Origin: Corynebacterium glutamicum ATCC 13032
GTDB lineage: Bacteria > Actinomycetota > Actinomycetes > Mycobacteriales > Mycobacteriaceae
NCBI RefSeq assembly: GCF_000011325.1
Contig: NC_003450.3
Location: 1,230,001 to 1,262,000, forward strand
Length of the DNA stretch: 32,000 bases
Direction: 5' to 3'
Below, one piece after another: positions 1 through 6,541 of the stretch. The notes beneath the pieces were generated by a model. It saw only the letters and a program-made list of their open reading frames with translations, was not told the origin of the DNA and did not search any database. Within the stretch, counting starts at the first letter, position 1, and the number at the start of each line of letters is the position of its first letter. The position numbers and the translations under genes were made by a program.

Positions 1-483
1 ACACCACGATGGCTCTCCACTGAAGAGCAACAACTCTGGCGCATGATCTTGTCTGCAACCCGCAAAATGGAACGCACACTAGATGAGACCCTCGTGGAAA
101 ACCACAACCTGACCACTTCAGAATTTGCAGTACTAGTTACTCTTTCTGAGGCAACGGGTCAGCAAATGCGCCTGCGAGACATGTGCCAAGAACTAGATTG
201 GGACCGCAGTAGAACCTCTCACCAAGTCACCCGCATGGACAAAAAGGGCTTAGTGGCCAAGGTTAAATGCGCAGGTGACGCACGAGGTGTGAACGTAGAA
301 ATCACCCCGGAAGGTGAACGACGCCTCAAGGATGCCGTACCTGCTCATGTAGAAACAGTCCGCCAACTAGTTTTCGACCCCATGGAAGAACGCCACATGG
401 AAGGACTTCGTTCCTACCTCACCGCAGTGTTGAACTCCAACACCTGCATTGAGATCAACAACCAACGCGCGGCAGAGCTGTAA
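1..483 (+). CDS. MarR-family winged-helix transcriptional regulator (5' end cut by window edge)
   Basis: Frame 1 is open from base 1 (TPRWLSTEEQQLWRMILSATRK...), so the ATG at 43 is internal. Typical MarR pattern: LTTSEFAVLVTLSEA...MRLRDMCQELDWDRSRTSHQVTRMDKKGLVAK...GDARGVNVEITPEG. Stop at 481-483. Confidence 0.8.
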   Translation, partial: TPRWLSTEEQQLWRMILSATRKMERTLDETLVENHNLTTSEFAVLVTLSEATGQQMRLRDMCQELDWDRSRTSHQVTRMDKKGLVAKVKCAGDARGVNVEITPEGERRLKDAVPAHVETVRQLVFDPMEERHMEGLRSYLTAVLNSNTCIEINNQRAAEL

Positions 484-618
484 GGGTTTACTTGGAGCGT
501 TTTCTCAGGGGTTTTTAGGGGTTAGGAGAGGGGAAATCCCCGATGTGCTCTAGGTTCTTATTGGCGATGATTGAAGAAGAAAGAAAAACTCAATCAGCCA
601 TAAAGGAGCTTGATCCCG

Positions 619-834
619 ATGACTTTCCCAGCACAATCTCGACGACTCGCCCGAAGCACCACCGACAAATGGATCGGCGGCGTCGCTGGTGGCCTCGCAG
701 AGACCTACGGTTGGAATCCGGCCTATGTGCGTCTCGCGTTCGTGGCGTCGGTTCTGTTTCCACTGCCAGGTTCACAGATCCTGTTCTACGCCCTAGCGTG
801 GCTGATCATCCCATCCCGAGAAAATCGCTTCTAA
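619..834 (+). CDS. PspC-domain small membrane protein
   Basis: The ORF contains the PspC-domain signature RSTTDKWIGGVAGGLAETYGWNPAYVRLAFV followed by a hydrophobic helix. The track start at 610 is TTG, only 1 nt after the AAAGGAG RBS (602-608); the ATG at 619 has better spacing. Confidence 0.75.
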   Translation: MTFPAQSRRLARSTTDKWIGGVAGGLAETYGWNPAYVRLAFVASVLFPLPGSQILFYALAWLIIPSRENRF

Positions 835-856
835 CGTGCGTTGCATAACGCAGAAG

Positions 857-887
857 GCCTGCACCAGAAGTTGGGGCAGGCTTTTTT
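857..887 (+). terminator. Rho-independent terminator after the PspC gene
   Basis: GCCTGCACCA (857-866) pairs with TGGGGCAGGC (72-81 of the 800s) with one mismatch and a 5-nt loop, followed by T6 (882-887). Confidence 0.6.
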
Positions 888-910
888 AATATGCAATTGG
901 TGGGGTGGGA

Positions 911-1339
911 CTAGCCAACAAGGCGGGCGAAGCAGCGCGACACCTGAGCCAAACCCTCATTGTCATCAATATAAAGCTCGGAAAGAGGCCAGCTGCGCTT
1001 CGGGGTATGAATTTCCAGAAGGGAGTGAACTGCTTGTCCTTCGGAATGGCCCAGTGCGTCAACCTCTTCATTGCCCAGGGCAACTACTGACAAGGTCAGG
1101 TTGGAAGGTGAAATGACGGGGATCATCACCTGGGTTGCACCATTGTCGAGGTGCTCGCGGGCGTCAGCATAAAGCTCGGCAACTGAGGTGCCCGTGGTGA
1201 TGGGAACGACTGGAGTTAGTGGGTCGATCATCTGCATGACGTTGTGGACTTCATTGAGTGCTTTGAAGTACACGGTGGCTGTCAGGAGTCGAAGCTCGGT
1301 GGTCTGCTTGGCGGAAGCCGGGTGCGTCTTCATGTTCAT
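911..1339 (-). CDS. conserved hypothetical protein (function not recognised)
   Basis: Part of the 173-aa track ORF. Plausible starts are ATG 1339 (MNMKTHPASAK) or ATG 1333; the GAGAAAG RBS abuts 1339 and sits 6 nt before 1333. Codon usage resembles the neighbouring genes. No motif I can name. Confidence 0.5.
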   Translation of the reverse strand: MNMKTHPASAKQTTELRLLTATVYFKALNEVHNVMQMIDPLTPVVPITTGTSVAELYADAREHLDNGATQVMIPVISPSNLTLSVVALGNEEVDALGHSEGQAVHSLLEIHTPKRSWPLSELYIDDNEGLAQVSRCFARLVG

Positions 1340-1729
1340 CTTTCTCAACAATCTATAAATATTCGCAACAACTAGGGGCAGTCGGTGGGAACTTACGCAA
1401 AGTACTTTCAAGCGGTACCGACTCGAATCCAATTCTTAAATCTTGCTTAAGGGAATTGTAATCTAACTCTTATTATTTGGCGTCGCTGTCCAAAAGCTTA
1501 GAAAAAGATGTTTTCATTAGTTTAGATTCTCTATCAGTTTAGAATAGCCTGTCACAAGCGCTGAACCAATTAAGCGGACAGCGTGTTGGCTTTCTCAATT
1601 AAATACACGTAGAAGTACCGATGTGATTGAATTCGCTAATCTTTAAGTGACCAAATTCGCCCCCATACAGGGTTTCGTTGAAACTGAAGTTTATGGGGCA
1701 AATGAAAATATCCTGGGTAGCATGGGCTT

Positions 1730-2482
1730 ATGAGCACTGATAGCCAAAACCCTGTAAGAAAATCCTGCGCACAGCCACATTCTTGTTCCCAAGAGGTGCG
1801 ATTGAAAGCGATGTCCAGGTCACCGCTTACTAAAGGTCTAAATCAACTTGAACACCTCGAGTTAGATAAGTCACTAACTGCGTGGTCGTGGGCAGAAGAT
1901 GATCCTTTGTACCTCGCAGGTGAGAACTTAAACGGCAGTTACCTCATTGTCGCAGGACGAGTGCGGGTCTCTCGCGACACCATCGACGGGAAAGAACTCA
2001 CCGTTGATATTGCAACGCCCGGCGATGTTATTGGTGCGATAGATACAGAACCTCAGCCGGCAGTAGATTCCGCTTGGGCAATAGAAACCACCTGTGCGCT
2101 GTTTCTTCCAGCAACCGCGTTGGCAACTGTGATTGAACAGCATCCAAGTTTTGCTTTGGCGATGATTCGGATGCAGCAGCAACGTTTGGCTACAGCCAGA
2201 GATCATGAAATTAACCTGACTACGACCACAGTTGAGCAACGAGTAGCTATTGCAGTGAGAACTCTGGGACGAAAAATCGGGCAACGACGACCCGATGGAA
2301 TCTTGCTCATTCAAGTTCGAATCCGGCGGGAAGATGTTGCGGGTTTAGCAGGCACCACCGTGGAATCTACTTCTAGAGTTTTGGCGCGATTACGTAAAGA
2401 AGGGGTCATTGATAGCGGTAGGGAATGGATTGCCGTGGTCGATGAACGGCAGCTAGATGCCATAATCGGGGAGGACTTTTAG
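1730..2482 (+). CDS. Crp/FNR-family transcriptional regulator (cNMP-binding-type beta-roll plus C-terminal HTH)
   Basis: Effector-domain pattern (LYLAGENLNGSYLIVAGRVRVSRDTIDGKELTVDIATPGDVIG). C-terminal HTH REDVAGLAGTTVESTSRVLARLRKEGVI carries the E-x-x-S-R recognition motif typical of FNR-type members. The start is ambiguous: ATG 1730 gives 250 aa, ATG 1811 gives 223 aa. Confidence 0.85.
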   Translation: MSTDSQNPVRKSCAQPHSCSQEVRLKAMSRSPLTKGLNQLEHLELDKSLTAWSWAEDDPLYLAGENLNGSYLIVAGRVRVSRDTIDGKELTVDIATPGDVIGAIDTEPQPAVDSAWAIETTCALFLPATALATVIEQHPSFALAMIRMQQQRLATARDHEINLTTTTVEQRVAIAVRTLGRKIGQRRPDGILLIQVRIRREDVAGLAGTTVESTSRVLARLRKEGVIDSGREWIAVVDERQLDAIIGEDF

Positions 2483-2495
2483 TACTTTCCGCTTG

Positions 2496-2538
2496 TTTGA
2501 TCTAGGTCAAGGAACTTCACTCGGCTAGTCCTTAGACT
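2496..2538 (+). promoter_or_regulatory. FNR-type box TTGATCTAGGTCAA (2497-2510) plus putative -10 TAGACT (2533-2538) upstream of the HMA chaperone gene
   Basis: 9/10 match to TTGAT-N4-ATCAA. It lies inside a 24-bp module tttgatctaggtcaaggaacttca that recurs at 2931-2954. Exactly 22 nt separate the box from a TAnnnT hexamer, i.e. the box is centred about -41.5 from the predicted TSS. Confidence 0.5.
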
Positions 2539-2602
2539 CAAATGTGTTCAGACAAACACTGGCACCGTAAGGCACCGAAAGTTACCGAAAGGACTGGTTC
2601 CC

Positions 2603-2839
2603 ATGACCGCCCCAAACACTCTCAAGCAAACAACTCTTCGCTCTGATGAGTTCTCTTGCCCATCCTGTGTCTCCAAGATTGAAAACAAATTGAATGGATT
2701 GGATGGCGTCGACAATGCAGAGGTGAAGTTCTCCTCCGGAAGAATCCTTGTTGATCACGACCCCAGCAAGGTCTCTATCAAGGATCTAGTCGCTGCAGTC
2801 GCAGAGGTTGGCTACACCGCAAAGCCATCAGCAATCTAA
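2603..2839 (+). CDS. heavy-metal-associated (HMA) domain metallochaperone, CopZ-like
   Basis: 78 aa. CxxC metal site in EFSCPSCVSKIENKL, a ferredoxin-like HMA pattern (GVDNAEVKFSSGRILVDHD...VAEVGYTA), and an AAAGGA RBS 8 nt upstream. Confidence 0.85.
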   Translation: MTAPNTLKQTTLRSDEFSCPSCVSKIENKLNGLDGVDNAEVKFSSGRILVDHDPSKVSIKDLVAAVAEVGYTAKPSAI

Positions 2840-2860
2840 AACTCTCAGTTAGACCATTAC

Positions 2861-2894
2861 AAGCCACCGGAGCCACAAGTTGGACCGGTGGCTT
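2861..2894 (+). terminator. hairpin between the HMA gene and the ATPase gene
   Basis: AAGCCACCGG (2861-2870) pairs perfectly with CCGGTGGCTT (2885-2894) over a 14-nt loop. It is followed by tgtcgtctatt, only a weak T tract. Confidence 0.5.
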
Positions 2895-2930
2895 TGTCGT
2901 CTATTCGGGGAGTGGCTGTTTTTGGAGCTC

Positions 2931-2973
2931 TTTGACGCAGGTCAAGGAAGTTCAGAGAGCGCAACCATAACGT
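2931..2973 (+). promoter_or_regulatory. FNR-type box TTGACGCAGGTCAA (2932-2945, perfect palindrome) plus putative -10 TAACGT (2968-2973) upstream of the P-type ATPase
   Basis: Second copy of the 24-bp module (tttgacgcaggtcaaggaagttca). It shows the same 22-nt spacing from the box to a TAnnnT hexamer as at 2496-2538. Confidence 0.5.
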
Positions 2974-3006
2974 TAAAAGTAAGGAAAAGAGAGAAAGGGA
3001 GAAATC

Positions 3007-4884
3007 ATGAAAACGTGGAAGACCTGGGGGGTCGTCGGAGCTTCAGGCCTCTTGATTATTTTGTCGTGGTTGAGTTCATCGAGCCCGATGCTGGCAGATG
3101 CATTCATGATCGCGGCTGCAATTGTTGCAGGTTGGCCGATCGCGCAGTCTGCATATCAAGCACTTCGCATTCGAATGGTGTCGATTGACTTACTGGTCGT
3201 TGTGGCTGCCGTTGGTGCCATGTTCATCAACAACTATTGGGAGTCTGCGGCGGTGACGTTCCTCTTTGCCCTTGGCAAGGCACTGGAACGCGCGACAATG
3301 AACCGCACACGAAAAGCACTATCGGATCTGGTGGATGCAGCTCCAGAAACTGCAACAAGGCTCAACGCGGATGACTCAACAGAGGTAGTTGAGCTGTGGG
3401 AGCTTGAGCCCGGTGACATCGTCTTGGTACGCAATGGCGAACAAATTCCCGTCGATGGAAACGTGATTGCGGGTGTCGGTGGAATTGATGAATCCAACAT
3501 CACGGGTGAATCAATGCCGGCTGAAAAGGGTCAAGGCTCTGATGTGTATGCAGGAACCTGGCTGCGATCTGGTGTTTTGAGAGTCGAGGCAACAGGAATT
3601 GGTTCAGACTCAACTTTGGCAAAAATCATTCACCGCGTTGAAGACGCCCAGGATGACAAAGCCCGCACACAAACATTCTTAGAGAAATTCTCTAAGTGGT
3701 ACACCCCGGGCGTCATGATCGCCGCCGCAGTGGTGGGACTTATCACCTGGGACGTAGAACTAGCACTGACGCTCTTAGTGATCGGCTGCCCCGGCGCGTT
3801 GGTTATCTCCATCCCGGTGTCCATCGTCGCAGGCATCGGCCGTGCTGCACGCGATGGCGTGCTGATCAAGGGTGGAGAATACCTAGAAACCGCCGCGAAA
3901 GTCGACGTCGTTGTCGTGGACAAAACTGGAACGCTGACCACCGGCCGCCCAGAACTCACAGACGTAGAAGTCATCGAGCCCGCCTACAGCCAGGGCGAGG
4001 TGCTGGAGCTCGCCGCGCGCGCCGAGACGGCTTCAGAACATCCGCTTGCCGACGCCATCATCCGTGGTGCCCAGGATCGGGGGCTGTCCACAACATTGGT
4101 GGAAGCAGCTGAAAACATCACCGGCCGAGGCATTATCGCAAATGTTGATGGACAGGCAGTTGCTGTTGGATCTGCTGAGTTACTTGATCATGAACCAGAC
4201 TCGACCAGGATCCTGGAGCTAAATGCCGAAGGAAAGACCGCGATGTTTGTCGGAGTGAACGGACACGCCATTGGAATCGTGGCCGTCGCCGACGCCGTTC
4301 GTTCAGATTCTGCCTCAGCAATCGAATCGCTGCATAAGGCGGGCATTCAAGTTGTCATGGCGACTGGCGACGCTCACCGCGTTGCACAAAACGTGGCCTC
4401 CAAGCTGGGAGTGGATGAAGTCTACTCAGAGCTACTCCCTGAACAGAAATTAGAACTGGTGCGTGATCTGCAAGCTGCCGGCAAAACGGTCGCGATGGTG
4501 GGTGACGGAGTCAACGACACCCCAGCATTGGCAGCTGCTGATATCGGAGTAGCGATGGGCGTGGCAGGTTCCCCTGCAGCCATTGAAACCGCTGATATCG
4601 CACTCATGGCGGATCGTCTCCCACGGCTGGCACATGCAGTGACCTTGGCAAAACGCACCGTAAGAACCATGCGCATCAATATTCTGATTGCGTTGGCTAC
4701 CGTGATGGTGTTACTAGCTGGCGTCCTATTTGGCGGAGTTACCATGTCGGTTGGCATGCTCGTTCACGAAGCAAGCGTGCTGCTTGTTATCAGCATCGCC
4801 ATGCTGTTGCTGCGTCCAACACTTAAAGAAGATGCTGCGCAAGCAAGTGATATTAAACGCTCGGAAATACAACAGATCGCATAA
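3007..4884 (+). CDS. P1B-type heavy-metal-translocating ATPase, atypical (CPG membrane motif, no N-terminal HMA domain)
   Basis: 625 aa with the P-type motifs TGES, DKTGTLT, MATGD and GDGVNDTPAL. The transmembrane motif is GCPGALVIS where CPC/CPH/SPC is usual. AAGGGAG RBS is present. The N-terminus starts directly with hydrophobic helices. Confidence 0.95.
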   Translation: MKTWKTWGVVGASGLLIILSWLSSSSPMLADAFMIAAAIVAGWPIAQSAYQALRIRMVSIDLLVVVAAVGAMFINNYWESAAVTFLFALGKALERATMNRTRKALSDLVDAAPETATRLNADDSTEVVELWELEPGDIVLVRNGEQIPVDGNVIAGVGGIDESNITGESMPAEKGQGSDVYAGTWLRSGVLRVEATGIGSDSTLAKIIHRVEDAQDDKARTQTFLEKFSKWYTPGVMIAAAVVGLITWDVELALTLLVIGCPGALVISIPVSIVAGIGRAARDGVLIKGGEYLETAAKVDVVVVDKTGTLTTGRPELTDVEVIEPAYSQGEVLELAARAETASEHPLADAIIRGAQDRGLSTTLVEAAENITGRGIIANVDGQAVAVGSAELLDHEPDSTRILELNAEGKTAMFVGVNGHAIGIVAVADAVRSDSASAIESLHKAGIQVVMATGDAHRVAQNVASKLGVDEVYSELLPEQKLELVRDLQAAGKTVAMVGDGVNDTPALAAADIGVAMGVAGSPAAIETADIALMADRLPRLAHAVTLAKRTVRTMRINILIALATVMVLLAGVLFGGVTMSVGMLVHEASVLLVISIAMLLLRPTLKEDAAQASDIKRSEIQQIA

Positions 4885-4891
4885 CCAATGG

Positions 4892-4932
4892 CTGGGTACT
4901 GATGTGGTGATCAGTGCCCAGTTTCTTCTTTC
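4892..4932 (+). terminator. Rho-independent terminator of the ATPase gene
   Basis: CTGGGTACTGA (4892-4902) pairs with TCAGTGCCCAG (4911-4921): 11 bp with one G-U pair. Followed by tttcttctttc. Confidence 0.7.
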
Positions 4933-4982
4933 TACTAGTGTCGGATAGAAGTACCCCCAGTCCAGAATGAAGGTCACCACCA

Positions 4983-5615
4983 ATGTCAGAGAATTTGCCA
5001 GCGCCCGAGAATCTCCTGGACGCCGAGAGAATTCAGATGATCAAGAACTTCCGCAACGAATTAACGGGGTTCATGCTCAACTACCAATTTGGCATTGATG
5101 AGATCCTGACCAAGATCAACATCCTGAAAACTGAATTCAGCCAGCTGCACGAATACGCACCTATCGAGCACGTATCTTCACGATTGAAGACACCAGAAAG
5201 CATCGTCAAAAAGGTCATCCGAAAAGGAGACGAGCTCTCCCTCGCAGCTATCAAAGACACAGTGTTTGATATCGCAGGCATTCGAATCGTCTGCAGTTTC
5301 CTCAAAGATGCCTACGCAATCGCCGATATGCTGACCAACCAAAAAGACGTCACGGTCATCGAGGCCAAAGACTACATCGCTAACCCAAAGCCGAACGGCT
5401 ACAAGAGTTTGCACCTTATCCTCCAAGTGCCTGTCTTCCTGTCTAACTCCGTGGAAAAGGTCAATGTTGAAGTCCAGATCCGCACCATTGCCATGGACTT
5501 CTGGGCAAGCCTCGAGCACAAAATCTACTACAAATTTGAACAAGAAGTTCCTCAGTCAATCCTTGATGAGCTCAGTGAAGATGGAAAGAATCCACGGGGA
5601 AGTGAAGTCACTTAA
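4983..5615 (+). CDS. small alarmone synthetase (RelA/SpoT synthetase domain only, RelP/RelQ-like), apparently truncated or frameshifted at the 3' end
   Basis: 210 aa with DIAGIRIVCSF, NGYKSLHLIL and VEVQIRTIAMDFWASLEHKIYYK. The C-terminus ends abnormally (..DELSEDGKNPRGSEVT*), and the expected terminal helix is readable in the +1 frame (see findings). Confidence 0.85.
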   Translation: MSENLPAPENLLDAERIQMIKNFRNELTGFMLNYQFGIDEILTKINILKTEFSQLHEYAPIEHVSSRLKTPESIVKKVIRKGDELSLAAIKDTVFDIAGIRIVCSFLKDAYAIADMLTNQKDVTVIEAKDYIANPKPNGYKSLHLILQVPVFLSNSVEKVNVEVQIRTIAMDFWASLEHKIYYKFEQEVPQSILDELSEDGKNPRGSEVT

Positions 5616-5858
5616 ACCTCCAGTTGAAACCACTGACAGCGGAGAGGCGAAGTTACCCTCTGCGATAACTTTCAACGAGATTTTTGGTCGAGACTTCAGC
5701 GCTTGAAAGAGAATTTGATGCACAAGGATTTTGAGAGAGACACTGCGAAATATAGTAGAGACGTCTTTTGAATCCCAGTTCTGGGGTAGATCCAAGATTA
5801 TCGATTTCCTCGTTCGCCTAGAAGCGTTGAAAAGCCCCTTAAAAGTGGCATTAGAGGT

Positions 5859-5893
5859 AAATAGTCTCCATCACTGTGTGATGGGGACTATTT
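5859..5893. terminator. 15-bp hairpin (possible bidirectional terminator) in the non-coding gap
   Basis: AAATAGTCTCCATCA (5859-5873) pairs with TGATGGGGACTATTT (5879-5893): one G-U pair and a 5-nt loop, with T-rich flanks inside and after the stem. Confidence 0.45.
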
Positions 5894-6344
5894 ATTACGT
5901 CTATTTGCGGTTTGTTCTGTTTTTAAGTTTGGCTTCAGAAGTGACAAAACCAAAGTTGATTCGACGCTTATTTGCTAAGTATAGATCCGGGTCCTCTTGA
6001 AGAAGCAGAATGCGATCGACTCGGTGAGCTCAGCCATTCTCTTGCTTCAAACTCATTAATATGCCCTTTTAGAGGGGAGTCGACGGTTAGCAATCCAGAA
6101 AATACATTGTCGGAACTGACCGGCATATTTGCGTAGGTTTGATACTCGTCATTCGTTGTTGATCCATCAGGGTGGGCATCTTCTACGAATCTTCCTTGGT
6201 TCTTTGCAAGATATTGAGTCAGAAAGACTATGAATTAGTTAGACTGCAGAGCCGTCGAAAAGGTTTCCTGCGAGGTCAAAATTGACCACGACAATTCCAT
6301 GACAAGCGGGATTACTTTGCCCTACTTCGGGTTCCCTCGTGGAA

Positions 6345-6387
6345 TAGTAAAACCTCCAACATACTGTGCAAACAGCATGTTGGAGGT
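6345..6387 (-). terminator. terminator hairpin immediately downstream of tRNA-Arg
   Basis: ACCTCCAACAT (6352-6362) pairs with ATGTTGGAGGT (6377-6387), and the inner loop is also partly self-complementary. On the minus strand it is followed by TTTTACTATT. Confidence 0.6.
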
Positions 6388-6395
6388 ATTTAATG

Positions 6396-6468
6396 TGCCC
6401 CCGATAGGAGTCGAACCTACGACCTTCGGTACCGGAAACCGGTGCTCTATCCACTGAGCTACGGAGGC
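6396..6468 (-). tRNA. tRNA-Arg (anticodon CCG)
   Basis: Minus-strand 73-nt sequence GCCTCCGTAGCTCAGTGGATAGAGCACCGGTTTCCGGTACCGAAGGTCGTAGGTTCGACTCCTATCGGGGGCA. It folds with a 7-bp acceptor stem, a GCTC/GAGC D-stem, anticodon loop TTCCGGT and T-arm GTAGG-TTCGACT-CCTAT. CCA is not encoded. Confidence 0.9.
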
Positions 6469-6541
6469 GAACCGTCACCATCTCCTTTAGTGGGTGATGA
6501 CAACGGTGTGATTCTATCACCATCTACTAAGTGGAAAGCAA

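Noticed and set aside
507-541. AGGGGTT / AGGGGTT / AGGGGAA repeats and the palindrome GGGGAAATCCCC downstream of the MarR gene.
   Set aside because: The loop is too short for a hairpin, there is no T tract, and the elements are only 5-7 bp long. This is insufficient to call a terminator or operator.
543-848. A 101-aa plus-strand ORF, plus ORF 590-775 on the minus strand.
   Set aside because: These are alternative frames of the PspC-domain gene. Their products are Arg-rich and lack motifs, whereas the 619-834 frame has the PspC signature.
1596-1637. An ArnR-like box, CAATTAAATA (1596-1605, 9/10), and a GlxR-like site, TGTGATTGAATTCGCT (1622-1637, 8/10), upstream of the Crp/FNR regulator gene.
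   Set aside because: Both are short motifs in a very AT-rich 300-bp spacer, where such matches are expected by chance. There is no supporting geometry relative to a convincing -10. I note them only as candidates for anyone running EMSA.
2880-3188. A 102-aa plus-strand ORF overlapping the ATPase start.
   Set aside because: It starts inside the terminator and promoter region and runs out of frame into the ATPase gene, which has a strong RBS and full-length homology.
5616-6395. An integrase or prophage remnant at the tRNA-Arg 3' flank.
   Set aside because: Translating all frames by eye gave no integrase-like (R..HxxR..Y) or transposase-like segment, and I found no direct repeat of the tRNA 3' end. 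I kept it only as a low-interest scar hypothesis in the findings.
6239-6523. A 94-aa minus-strand ORF.
   Set aside because: It overlaps the whole tRNA-Arg gene and its terminator, so it is not a credible CDS.
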